Source: a virus. Taken from it: 17,260 nucleotides of DNA. Below, one piece after another: positions 1-7,983 of the stretch; position 1 is the stretch's first letter, and every line of letters starts with the position of its first letter. A program made the translations under genes and the position numbers. Below the pieces are notes generated by a model, which made no database searches, had not been told where the DNA came from, and worked only from the letters and a program-made list of their open reading frames with translations. The stretch lies in the IMG/VR virus record IMGVR_UViG_3300029120_000055; one strand, written 5' to 3'.

Positions 1-99
1 TCAATTTTAGGTTTTAATTGCTTATTTGCATAAGCAAGCGCATCTTTGATATTCATAGCACCCACCACCTTATGTTAAAAATGTGGGAGCGCCTTATGG
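1..99. repeat. Terminal overlap: identical copy of 17162-17260, the signature of a circular molecule or assembly overlap
   Basis: Bases 1-99 (tcaattttagg...gagcgccttatgg) match 17162-17260 base for base. The repeat cuts through the RBS and N-terminus of the 16687..17217 gene and through half of a terminator hairpin. That fits an assembly overlap rather than a functional repeat. Confidence 0.95.
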
Positions 100-106
100 C
101 GCTCCC
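77..106 (-). terminator. Rho-independent terminator downstream of CDS 199..846
   Basis: On the minus strand there is a perfect 9-bp stem, GGGAGCGCC (106-98) with GGCGCTCCC (93-85), and a 4-nt loop. It is followed by ACAUUUUUAA (84-75). Confidence 0.6.
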
Positions 107-198
107 GTTGCAAGGCTGCACTTGTATGCCGCACGCAGTCGGGCGGCAATCGTAAACAAGTCGCACTCTTATTGGCCGCTGGCGACAGGCGGCAGTTG

Positions 199-846
199 TT
201 ACTCAGATTCCTCCGCTTTGTACAGACGAAGCATTGCGTCCGCCACACCTTCAGAATCAACACCATGTGTTAACTCAGACAGTTTGCCAGCATACGCAAG
301 CAGTTCTTCTGTGTCCACGCTATCCACCTTGTCAACAAGGGACTCAACGAAACGACGTGCGCCACTAACAATGGCAGACAAGTCGCCAGTCACGCCGTTA
401 TTGGCTAGATTGCGTGCACGACGATATTCCGCAGCATTGTCACAAAGGCCATACAGATACCCAATGAAGCCGCAAAAATCATCCGTTGATTCGTCACTCT
501 CAAGCGAAAGCGCATCATACAGCTCGTCCATTGCATCGATGTCAAGCAATTTTTCGCCATCATCACCAGCAGCTCCGCGAATCGGAATCGGCGGCACGTT
601 AGTCATCATCTGAAGCACAGTTGCATGGAACATTGGGTCAAAATACTCAGGACGGAAATTGCCGTTATCATCAAAGCAACCGGCGAGGACGCGATCAATG
701 AAAGCTGACTGCTCTGCACATGATAAGTTTGTGCGCACTTCGACATCAAACTCCGTGCCATCAAATTCATAATGCACTTTGACATACTTCTGAGCTTCTT
801 TTGTTTTCATGTATTTCTTCATAGTATCTACGGAAAGTTTTCTCAT
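199..846 (-). CDS. Acidic 215-aa protein, possibly a tail assembly chaperone (function tentative)
   Basis: Long ORF in the minus-strand gene array with an ATG start. The C-terminal half is strongly acidic (DDGEKLLDIDAMDELYDALSLESDESTDDF...). The N-terminal pattern (VEVRTNLSCAEQSAFIDRVL...YFDPMFHATVLQMMTNV) resembles siphophage chaperone families. The function is a judgement by eye only. Confidence 0.55.
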   Translation of the reverse strand: MRKLSVDTMKKYMKTKEAQKYVKVHYEFDGTEFDVEVRTNLSCAEQSAFIDRVLAGCFDDNGNFRPEYFDPMFHATVLQMMTNVPPIPIRGAAGDDGEKLLDIDAMDELYDALSLESDESTDDFCGFIGYLYGLCDNAAEYRRARNLANNGVTGDLSAIVSGARRFVESLVDKVDSVDTEELLAYAGKLSELTHGVDSEGVADAMLRLYKAEESE

Positions 847-871
847 TTATTCAAATTACCTCGATATTAGT

Positions 872-1603
872 TTAGTCTTTAGTTTTGGCATACATCGCCG
901 CAAAGTCAAAATCGTCAGCGTGCTGACTCACCCAACCACGATAGTTCTTCGTTAGCTTGCAGACAGCCACGCGAGAGTCGCCGTCAAACCAGTCCATATA
1001 TCCAACAAAGCCACTGCGTTCAGGATTGGAATATAGGTCGATTTGTCCATCATGGCCGATGACAATAGTCTTACAATTATCATTGATTCGGGTCAAAACC
1101 TTCTTTAATTCGTCATAATAGAAATTCTGCGACTCGTCGATGATGACCACCTTGTTTTCAAAGTTCACGCCACGCAGGAATGTGTGCGTAACACACTCAA
1201 TATAGGCCATGCCACATTTCTCGTTCTGCCCACCATCCATGAATGCTGTATTCAGGTTGACACCAATCTTGTCAAGAGCTTGATAAAAAGGCTCAAAGTA
1301 CGGTTCGGACTTTTCTTCGATAGTGCCCTTGAGATAGCCCTGTTTCTGCTCTTGCGTAGGCGCAGCAACGTACACGATGCCGCCGTACAAACCGTGCGCA
1401 CAAAGCAGGTTCGCCGTAGCCGTAGCAATCAGCGTCTTACCAGAACCGCTTTTCGCATTGCAAAACACAATACGTTTACTTTCATCCCAGATAGCATCTC
1501 GAAACGCTTCCTGATCTTTATCCAGCTTTAGTCCGTAGAAAGGATGTTCATCCAGCGTTGTCGGAGTCTCACCGATATTCATAGTTGTATTCTTCTTCGC
1601 CAT
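872..1603 (-). CDS. phoH: PhoH-like ATPase
   Basis: Walker A is present in CNAKSGSGKTLIATA and Walker B in VVIIDESQN. A PhoH-type YLKGTIEEKSEPYFEPFYQAL segment matches the GFLPG..eK..P...P.yDaL consensus. An IVIGHDGQIDL motif is also present. Confidence 0.85.
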   Translation of the reverse strand: MAKKNTTMNIGETPTTLDEHPFYGLKLDKDQEAFRDAIWDESKRIVFCNAKSGSGKTLIATATANLLCAHGLYGGIVYVAAPTQEQKQGYLKGTIEEKSEPYFEPFYQALDKIGVNLNTAFMDGGQNEKCGMAYIECVTHTFLRGVNFENKVVIIDESQNFYYDELKKVLTRINDNCKTIVIGHDGQIDLYSNPERSGFVGYMDWFDGDSRVAVCKLTKNYRGWVSQHADDFDFAAMYAKTKD

Positions 1604-1610
1604 ATCTACC

Positions 1611-2243
1611 TCAAATCAGGTCAATGTCTTCAATGATTTCATCCGCGACGTTGTAGCGAATCATCTCATCCGAGAACAAGAACCAATCACGACGATAATT
1701 ACTGTCGTACAGATCGCCCGGAATACTCGTGTGCGTAATGATATAATCTCGAATACGCTTCTCAAGCCCTTTCGTGAACTCAAGGTTGTCCAACATCTTG
1801 CCTGTCGTACCGTAAATGCCAGACGAGCCATCGTGAATCAGGCAACTCGTATTCTTGAAAATGTACCGCGTATCACCTGCCATCAGGAGCAGACCACCGG
1901 CACTATACGCCTTGCCAAGCGCAATCGTAATAACGGGCGTCTTAGACAGCTCAATCATGTCAACAACGTTCATGATGGTATTGAGATCGCCGCCATCTGA
2001 GTTAATGAAAATCTTAATGGGCTTGCGTTCATCAACCGACTTGCCTTTGTCCTCGATGTTCCACTTGCGAATACACATCGACACCTCAATCATACTTTCG
2101 TCAACATCGTCATTCCAAAGAATTTCACGGTCTTTGAGGCGACGATAATATTCAAGCAGTCCGGGGTCTGGGAGCTGTTCTCCGAGAATGTTCTCTACAT
2201 CGTCAAGACCCAACAGGTCGATGAAATCGGCGGATTTTTTCAT
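1611..2243 (-). CDS. clpP: ClpP-family (S14) serine protease
   Basis: IKIFINSDGGDLN matches the INSPGG consensus. The catalytic Ser context is GKAYSAGGLLLMAG and the His context is CLIHDGSSG. The start overlaps the upstream stop as ATGA (2240-2243), which suggests translational coupling. Confidence 0.8.
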   Translation of the reverse strand: MKKSADFIDLLGLDDVENILGEQLPDPGLLEYYRRLKDREILWNDDVDESMIEVSMCIRKWNIEDKGKSVDERKPIKIFINSDGGDLNTIMNVVDMIELSKTPVITIALGKAYSAGGLLLMAGDTRYIFKNTSCLIHDGSSGIYGTTGKMLDNLEFTKGLEKRIRDYIITHTSIPGDLYDSNYRRDWFLFSDEMIRYNVADEIIEDIDLI

Positions 2244-2794
2244 AAAGTTTTCTCCTTGATTTTAATAGGAATGTTGTTTACTACATACCAGCCGATACAA
2301 CACGCGTCGGCCAGATTGTCGTTCTCAGTCTCAATGCCAAACAAGTCGTTTACAGCCTGTATGGAAAGGACTTTAGACTGCTTCTTGTGCGTAGCACTTT
2401 CCAATTGCTTGACTTTGGCTTTGATCTCTTTCTCGCTTCTGCCACGTGCCATGCAGTAGTTCTGCCACTGCGACGGTTGAACCAAATCATAAAGGTATTC
2501 ATTTTTCTCTGCGAGATTGATGAGTACACCCTGCAACTGTGCGAGTCTCTTAAAGCCTTGTGCGTTTACACGCAACTGAATGTCCTCGTAGAAAACCGCA
2601 TCAATTCCTTGCGTGTTCATGATATTTTCTATCAGTACCTCGATATTTCTAACCGCCTGCGGGAATGTATATTTCTTATTGTCAAACGACCATGTGCCAT
2701 GACCAATCAGTTCTTTTGACTCGTAATTAAACATCGCCCATGCCCCATGACGCGCTTGGTCTACCGCCAAAATCTTTATCGTATTCACCACCAA
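2240..2794 (-). CDS. RuvC-like Holliday junction resolvase
   Basis: Acidic catalytic positions occur in RuvC order: ILAVDQ (Asp), VFYEDIQL (Glu) and NDNLADACCIGWY (Asp). The start is GTG at 2794 or 2791 with no obvious Shine-Dalgarno sequence. Confidence 0.6.
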   Translation of the reverse strand: MVVNTIKILAVDQARHGAWAMFNYESKELIGHGTWSFDNKKYTFPQAVRNIEVLIENIMNTQGIDAVFYEDIQLRVNAQGFKRLAQLQGVLINLAEKNEYLYDLVQPSQWQNYCMARGRSEKEIKAKVKQLESATHKKQSKVLSIQAVNDLFGIETENDNLADACCIGWYVVNNIPIKIKEKTL

Positions 2795-2804
2795 TCTGAA
2801 AGTT

Positions 2805-2835
2805 CAGAAAAAGGGAGGACATTCGTCCTCCCTTC
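2805..2835 (-). terminator. Rho-independent terminator after CDS 2842..3186
   Basis: On the minus strand a 10-bp stem, AAGGGAGGAC with GTCCTCCCTT (2835-2826 and 2821-2812), has a 4-nt loop. It is followed by UUUUUCUG. Confidence 0.6.
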
Positions 2836-2841
2836 CTTAAC

Positions 2842-3186
2842 TTAATCCGTCTTTGCCTCAACATCCTGAGCCGATTTATCATCAATGACACCAAGTTCAA
2901 CGGTAGTGCGCATTTTCTTCGCCTTGTCAGCGTTATTTTTCTCGTAGATTTCGTCCAGCAGAATTTCTACAGTCGGTTCATACACACTCGTGTGCAGAAA
3001 ATCTACGCCGCGCTTGCGCAACGCACGGTACGCTTTCTTGGCATCACGATCATACTCGTATGTCATCAGCGTAGTAAAAATGTAGTAGTGGTCTGCGGTG
3101 TCAGTATGGACGCGCCAGCTACGCTGCTTCTCGCACGAGTAACACGTCTCGTACACAGCGCCGCAGACCTTGCAACGTCTCTGCAT
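2842..3186 (-). CDS. Small Cys4 zinc-finger protein (114 aa), function unknown
   Basis: ORF in the gene array. The N-terminus is MQRRCKVCGAVYETCYSCEK (CxxC-N7-CxxC). The C-terminus is acidic. Confidence 0.6.
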   Translation of the reverse strand: MQRRCKVCGAVYETCYSCEKQRSWRVHTDTADHYYIFTTLMTYEYDRDAKKAYRALRKRGVDFLHTSVYEPTVEILLDEIYEKNNADKAKKMRTTVELGVIDDKSAQDVEAKTD

Positions 3187-3199
3187 AATTGCTCTCCGA

Positions 3200-3964
3200 T
3201 TACTTATTGAAGAGGACGTAGCACAGTTCCTCGTCGTCGGAACAGTAATCCTTCAGAGCGCTGAAGGAGAACGGGTGCGTACCCTCAGTAGTCAGGTCGA
3301 TAGAGAAGTTGTTGTCAATCTTGGCCTTCGGGAACACGATGGAACCAGCACGCTTGACAGAAGCGTTGCAGACATCGCAAGCAAGAATATCGACAATGTA
3401 CTCAGCGGCCTCAGCATGATTCTCCGAACCATCCGTGACCTTGATCGCCTCTTCGGCCTCGTACTCATAGAGCACACCGATCTGAGTGCCAGCAAAACCA
3501 GTAGGCAGAGTGATAACAGCATCGGCAATAGAAGCCTTGTCCGTGCCAGAGCCGACCTCGATGGTGGACTCGATGTTCTTGTCCGAAGTGATCTTGTAAA
3601 CGACGGTCGGAGCGACCTTCGGCTTATGCGTCATGGTTGCCTTGCCGCCCTCAACCTTCAGAATCTCAAAGGTCTTGCCAGTGACCTTAGCGGTGCTAGA
3701 GCCGGTCTGCACCTCAGTGCCGAGCTGCGCAGCCATCAGAGGCATCGACAGCAGAGAACCCTCGCCAGAGAAGTTCACACCCTTAGCGGTATCAAAACGA
3801 GCGATAAGCACGCCCTGAGCATCTGTCTTATCGGTTGACTCACCGGTGAACTCGATAGACGGACTCTCAATGCTGGTAAGCGTCCAGTCAACAATGCCAG
3901 TCTCAAGATTGACCTGAGTCACACGACGCACTTTATCAATAACAAAAGTGTTCGCAGAAAACAT
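3200..3964 (-). CDS. Major virion structural protein, resembling a tail tube or major tail protein (tentative)
   Basis: ATG start with RBS AAAGGATGAG upstream. The composition is beta-rich with many Thr, Gly and Glu residues. The pattern LTSIESPSIEFTGESTDKTDAQGVLIARFDTAKGVNFSGEGS is reminiscent of siphophage major tail proteins. The gene sits behind a hairpin, consistent with a highly expressed gene. A capsid role cannot be excluded. Confidence 0.55.
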   Translation of the reverse strand: MFSANTFVIDKVRRVTQVNLETGIVDWTLTSIESPSIEFTGESTDKTDAQGVLIARFDTAKGVNFSGEGSLLSMPLMAAQLGTEVQTGSSTAKVTGKTFEILKVEGGKATMTHKPKVAPTVVYKITSDKNIESTIEVGSGTDKASIADAVITLPTGFAGTQIGVLYEYEAEEAIKVTDGSENHAEAAEYIVDILACDVCNASVKRAGSIVFPKAKIDNNFSIDLTTEGTHPFSFSALKDYCSDDEELCYVLFNK

Positions 3965-3980
3965 AATATCTCATCCTTTC

Positions 3981-4015
3981 AAACACAAAATTAAGGAGAA
4001 CTATTTCAGTTCTCC
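3981..4015 (-). terminator. Hairpin plus U-rich tract overlapping the stop of CDS 4001..4726 (partial terminator or attenuator)
   Basis: On the minus strand GGAGAAC (4015-4009) pairs with GTTCTCC (4001-3995) around a 7-nt loop. It is followed by UUAAUUUUGUGUUU (3994-3981). Confidence 0.4.
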
Positions 4016-4726
4016 CATCCAGTTAAATTCTTCTTTTTTTATCTTTTTCACTTCTACACAGCCGCTATAAACGCCATGCATAAGATTATCGTAGTTAACA
4101 CGCTTTTGAATCCGTCGCACAGAGTCCATAAACGCCCCGATTGGTAACGTCCAGACATCATCATGCCGATACTTGAACTCAGCGCAATTCGTCAGCGATG
4201 AAATTAAAGGCAATAAAAAAGAACTGTACGGCTTTCTAGCCGCCAGTTCTCGCTCATCCTTTTCATCTTCTATCATTGCGTCTTTTGTAAACTCGTCGTA
4301 TCCGACATCAACGTTCTTTTCAAAGCAGTGCATTTTTCGCAGAGCATCTGTAATTAAAAAGTGAATCGCCCGATCAATCACCACGCCATCTTTGTTCCGC
4401 AACACAATTTCTTTTGTATTCGGATTGATGGCTGGCACAAATGACGTCCAGTCCAGATCACCAAACAAAATGCTCATATCTGATTCACGAAACGCAAACG
4501 ACAACTGTACGAATAACTCGAACTCATCAACAGCATCCCAATAGATGCCCAGATTCTCATAAATATCTACTTTGTGGTCAGCAGGTGTGGAGCAAATCGA
4601 CCGAACTAGACCGAAATATTCTTTTTCGCCGTAGTCGCTGATTTCACCGAGCGTCGGTTGATGAAGCGTTATCTTTGAGTTGATTTCGTAGTCGCCGCCA
4701 CGAAAGATTTTAAGATCGTCCGTCAC
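4001..4726 (-). CDS. Hypothetical phage protein (241 aa)
   Basis: Long ORF whose start overlaps the upstream stop (4723-4726). I recognised no motif. Confidence 0.7.
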   Translation of the reverse strand: MTDDLKIFRGGDYEINSKITLHQPTLGEISDYGEKEYFGLVRSICSTPADHKVDIYENLGIYWDAVDEFELFVQLSFAFRESDMSILFGDLDWTSFVPAINPNTKEIVLRNKDGVVIDRAIHFLITDALRKMHCFEKNVDVGYDEFTKDAMIEDEKDERELAARKPYSSFLLPLISSLTNCAEFKYRHDDVWTLPIGAFMDSVRRIQKRVNYDNLMHGVYSGCVEVKKIKKEEFNWMGELK

Positions 4727-5229
4727 AGAAGTTCTGCCCTCCGGTTTATCTCATGAGTGGTAAACGGGATTTCCCAGCCGTAATAGCCGTTGTTGAACTG
4801 CACCTCTTCTGCCACTCCGATTTTAATGCCACCGTACCCAAACAGCGGCATATCGCCGTTATTAAGAATCTGGTCGATTTCGTCTGCAAGCAAATCCGCC
4901 CGTGACCCTTGAAGTAAATCAATCTGGTCTTGGTTGCAAATGACATAGACGATAATCGCCACTTCTTTTACGACGTCCGTATCGGCATAAACCACGCGAC
5001 TGCGCATCGTGATATAATTCCCATCCACAGTTGTCGTGTCTGGGATATAGAAGTGCGTCTTTACGAGCTTTGCCGCAGGACTCTTACTGCCCAGCTTAAC
5101 ATGGTCGAAATTTGCCACGTTATTGCCAGTATTGACAAGCAGGTCACACACCTTTTGATTTTTCAAAATCGCCTCACGCAATTTCTGCTTCTGCTGGATC
5201 ATTGCATCAAAATGCGGCATCGCACGCAC
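4723..5229 (-). CDS. Hypothetical virion-associated protein (168 aa)
   Basis: Long ORF packed tightly between the Dit-like gene and CDS 4001..4726. I recognised no diagnostic motif. Confidence 0.7.
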   Translation of the reverse strand: MRAMPHFDAMIQQKQKLREAILKNQKVCDLLVNTGNNVANFDHVKLGSKSPAAKLVKTHFYIPDTTTVDGNYITMRSRVVYADTDVVKEVAIIVYVICNQDQIDLLQGSRADLLADEIDQILNNGDMPLFGYGGIKIGVAEEVQFNNGYYGWEIPFTTHEINRRAELL

Positions 5230-5233
5230 CTCC

Positions 5234-6289
5234 TTACATATTCACAATATCAATCTTGATTTCTGCCTTGATACCCTGTGCCTCATTTGACACACGCACA
5301 ACGACAGTCTCCCCCACATTCGCCTTGTCAGGCTTGGCATCAAGAATGATTTTTCTGCCGAGCACGTCGAAAGACTCTATGGCATCCGTACCGGACACAA
5401 GCTCGACATTCAGCACGGAGATATCTGCATCAACTCCGACTGCATTTTTAAATACGATTTCAATATTTTTGCTCTCACCAACAGCAAGTAAGTTATCTCC
5501 GTCACAATCAACCAGCCGAAGCGTATAAGCATCGGCGTCGCCTGACGAACCGTCGCTCTGCTCCGCTTTCACGAAGTCGGCGACCATATTCTCTTTGCTG
5601 TCTGTCGCCTCGTTGAATTGCGTCTCGATGACAGACCACTGAAGGATACCGTCATCCGCATATTCATCGCCGACAGCATAAGAGGTCGCGTCTACCTGCG
5701 TCACGCGGAACACGGTCGGATTTGCGCGATTTCTGTCCATGATAATTCTCAGTGACGTATCGCACAAAACCGTTTCCTCGTTCATGGGCACATACACAAG
5801 ATGCTGTGCGTCGCCAACCGTCATATTGGTTTTCGGACGTTCTCCCGTACCATACTGTGTGGAGTTCAGGCAATACACCGGATAATCCACGATCTTGCCG
5901 GTCAGAGGCGATACAAAATGAATCGTATACTTGCATTTCCAGAGAACCGCCTTCTCGTAAATGCGGTTGTTGTCAGGAAGCGAGTTCACCATCCACCATG
6001 CGCCATTCGCTTTGATGTACTGGCCGCAATGCAGTACACCAATGTTGCAGAGGATCTGCCGGACAAGCGTACTGCTCTGCGCATCACCAGTTACATTCTG
6101 AATGATAGCGCGGACAACTTTGGGCGTCTTCGCAACACTCTTATCGTATATCTCAACGTCGCTCCCGACAAAGGAGTCGAGCACTTCATTGAAACCGTCT
6201 TGACCATATGCCCAGAATTCATCATCCTCGTATCCGCTATTAAAAAGCGGACGGATCATCTTGTACCAGCTCTTTGATTCTTCAGACAT
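5234..6289 (-). CDS. Distal-tail (Dit)-like protein with a C-terminal Ig-like domain (tentative)
   Basis: It sits immediately downstream of the tape-measure frames, where siphophages place Dit. The C-terminal ~90 aa (TLRLVDCDGDNLLAVGESKNIEIVF...VVVRVSNEAQGIKAEIKIDIV) look like a bacterial Ig-like beta-sandwich. I prefer the ATG at 6289 (MSEESKSW), preceded by GAGGTGG, over the TTG at 6301 in the ORF track. Confidence 0.6.
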   Translation of the reverse strand: MSEESKSWYKMIRPLFNSGYEDDEFWAYGQDGFNEVLDSFVGSDVEIYDKSVAKTPKVVRAIIQNVTGDAQSSTLVRQILCNIGVLHCGQYIKANGAWWMVNSLPDNNRIYEKAVLWKCKYTIHFVSPLTGKIVDYPVYCLNSTQYGTGERPKTNMTVGDAQHLVYVPMNEETVLCDTSLRIIMDRNRANPTVFRVTQVDATSYAVGDEYADDGILQWSVIETQFNEATDSKENMVADFVKAEQSDGSSGDADAYTLRLVDCDGDNLLAVGESKNIEIVFKNAVGVDADISVLNVELVSGTDAIESFDVLGRKIILDAKPDKANVGETVVVRVSNEAQGIKAEIKIDIVNM

Positions 6290-6297
6290 AGGCCACC

Positions 6298-6585
6298 TCA
6301 ATGATAGGCAGGTGTTTTCTGACGGTGCAGAAGTGACTCGACACGAGAAATCTGATCGTCCAATTCCTGTTTGGTCACACGCTTTGTCGCATCCTGTCCA
6401 GTAAGCGTAACATCCTTGCCGTAGATACCATTAAGCGCCATGACTCGGCTGAGTTCGCGCTGAAGATACGAGACATACATCATCTGGGCGAGCGTTCTCA
6501 CGACCAGCTTATCGACATTACCGGAGAACTCGCCAGTGCCAGGGTCGTCCGTTGTGTTACGTTGAACTAACAGTAACTTACTGCT
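6298..6585 (-). CDS. Putative 3' exon of the IStron-interrupted tape-measure-like gene (maximal open frame; the true 5' end would be the 3' splice site)
   Basis: The frame of ORF 6298..6501 stays open upstream to 6585, directly after a TGA at 6586-6588. Neither the GTG at 6501 nor the ATG ATG at 6483-6478 has a Shine-Dalgarno sequence. The frame begins inside the right end of the TnpB element. Confidence 0.5.
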   Translation of the reverse strand, partial: SSKLLLVQRNTTDDPGTGEFSGNVDKLVVRTLAQMMYVSYLQRELSRVMALNGIYGKDVTLTGQDATKRVTKQELDDQISRVESLLHRQKTPAYH

Positions 6586-6780
6586 TCACAGCGTCCCCGT
6601 TCGTCGTGACTACTTGGGTTTGTTTGACGCTCCACAGCTTGAAGGCGCAACGACGCCTTGAGGTTGTAACCCCTCTGCATTTTAGGCTACATACCTGCTT
6701 AGATTGATAGCGGCATTGTAGTCGCGGTCTATCTCCGCGCCACATTCTGCACACACGTATACTCTATCCCTGAGCCTCAA
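6545..6780 (-). ncRNA. Putative TnpB omega-RNA (reRNA) scaffold plus guide at the element's right end
   Basis: In IS200/IS605 TnpB systems the omega RNA spans the tnpB 3' end and the right end. Downstream of the tnpB stop (6682) the minus strand is non-coding and structured. AAGGCG/CGCCTT forms a hairpin at about 6660-6643. AGCGTC pairs with GACGCT at about 6631-6590. CAGTAAGTTACTG is a palindrome at 6583-6571. The boundaries are not determined. Confidence 0.5.
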
Positions 6781-7821
6781 GTCGTGCTTAATCGCACCAC
6801 AGCAAGAACAAGTCTTGCTGCTTGGATAAAACCTATCCACCTGAACAAACTCAATTCCGTTCCATTCGCACTTATACTGCATCTGTCTAATGAACTCCGC
6901 AAAACACTGCTCCTGAATTGCTTTGCTAAGATGACGATTTTTCATCATTCCAATTACATTCAGGTCTTCCATCACCACTCTTTTCGGGAGCAGTGACACA
7001 AGATCATGCGTCGTTTGGTGGATGTAGTTCGTGCGAATGTTGGTCATTCGTGCATACATCTTTTTGAGACGTTCTTCACTTCGCATTATGTTGTTCGTCT
7101 TGACAAACGTATTTCCTTTACGATTTTGCTCATACTTTCTGGAAATACTGCGCTTTAGATGCCGCATCTGTCTTTCAAGACGCTTCATCTTTGACGTTTT
7201 GTTGATATTGCGATATGTGATCTTCGTCCCATTAAATTCCGCTATTGCTAAGTCTTTTACTCCTAAATCTATACCCATTGAAATATCCGTCAGCACAGGC
7301 GCTTGGTTCTCGCTCTCCATACCGAAAGATAATATCCATTTGCCATTTACATTTGAAATTCGCGGATTCGTAAACTTGTTCCCTTTACCTTGCGGTAGGT
7401 CAAAATCTGTTTTGTATTTGACCATTCCAACTTTCGCTACATGAACCGTATTCCCGTTTTTGAAATACATATCATCTGCTCTTACAGGGTAATTCGGTTT
7501 ATTATGCTTGCGGCTCTTGAATTTCGGAAAACGCGCAATCTTCTTGAAGAAACCTTTATACGCTTTATCAAGATCACGACAAACAACGCCTAAAGACGCA
7601 TTCGACACTTCGCATAACCACTCATGCTCTCCGTCTTTCTTCAACGGCGTCAGAAGTTTTATCATATCAAATGCAGACAAACGCTTCTCGCCATTCGCGT
7701 ATTGTTCTTCCTGATACGCAAGCATATAGTTCCAAATGTATCGGCAAGCTCCGATGTGTTTCCACATTAGAGCTTCTTGCTCTTTCGTCGGGTATAGTCT
7801 TATCTTGTAAGACTTAATCAT
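6682..7821 (-). CDS. tnpB: TnpB (IS200/IS605-family OrfB, RNA-guided RuvC nuclease), apparently intact
   Basis: The N-terminus is the typical MIKSYKIRLYPTKEQEALMWKHIGACRYIWNY. RuvC-I Asp is in MGIDLGVKDLA and RuvC-II Glu is in RVVMEDLNVIG. The zinc ribbon is CSCCG...CAECG and RuvC-III Asp is in IDRDYNAAINL. The RBS AAGGGAGGTG precedes the ATG at 7821. Confidence 0.93.
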   Translation of the reverse strand: MIKSYKIRLYPTKEQEALMWKHIGACRYIWNYMLAYQEEQYANGEKRLSAFDMIKLLTPLKKDGEHEWLCEVSNASLGVVCRDLDKAYKGFFKKIARFPKFKSRKHNKPNYPVRADDMYFKNGNTVHVAKVGMVKYKTDFDLPQGKGNKFTNPRISNVNGKWILSFGMESENQAPVLTDISMGIDLGVKDLAIAEFNGTKITYRNINKTSKMKRLERQMRHLKRSISRKYEQNRKGNTFVKTNNIMRSEERLKKMYARMTNIRTNYIHQTTHDLVSLLPKRVVMEDLNVIGMMKNRHLSKAIQEQCFAEFIRQMQYKCEWNGIEFVQVDRFYPSSKTCSCCGAIKHDLRLRDRVYVCAECGAEIDRDYNAAINLSRYVA

Positions 7822-7829
7822 CGTTGCAC

Positions 7830-7853
7830 CTCCCTTCGTTAGTTATAAGGGAG
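7830..7853 (-). promoter_or_regulatory. Hairpin that sequesters the tnpB Shine-Dalgarno sequence
   Basis: On the minus strand CUCCCUU (7853-7847) can pair with AAGGGAG (7836-7830), giving 7 bp and a 10-nt loop. The 3' arm is the tnpB SD (AAGGGAGG), 8 nt before the ATG at 7821. Confidence 0.35.
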
Positions 7854-7983
7854 ATTCCTTATCGGTTCGCTACACCGCAACCGGCCGAAGCCGTCCAACG
7901 CTTTCACGTTGGCGCAGACTATATCTTCATCCGCAAGAAATCTCTTAATATCCAAAATATTAGGCATTTCGGATAAGTCTATC

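Noticed and set aside
1-99. The 99-nt direct repeat at both ends, considered as true phage direct terminal repeats or as the ends of a mobile element.
   Set aside because: The repeat starts inside the coding sequence of the neck-protein gene and ends mid-hairpin. It has a k-mer-like length. This is more consistent with an assembler's circular overlap. Read mapping would settle the question.
75-266. A 63-aa minus-strand ORF overlapping the 3' end of CDS 199..846, considered as a G/GT-style frameshift extension of a tail chaperone.
   Set aside because: I saw no slippery heptamer in the overlap. The extension is short and Cys/Arg-rich, and it runs through the terminator hairpin, so it is unlikely to be coding.
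83-613. A 176-aa plus-strand ORF, together with the other antisense ORFs in the track: 1184..1531, 1731..2000, 1855..2148, 2256..2459, 2387..2719, 2992..3210, 3170..3838, 4930..5259, 5202..5528, 5752..6277, 7031..7444, 8368..10543 (plus strand) and 13853..16045 (plus strand).
   Set aside because: All are shadow frames opposite long, motif-bearing minus-strand genes. Their composition is low-complexity (Ser/Arg/Leu-rich) and none has an RBS context.
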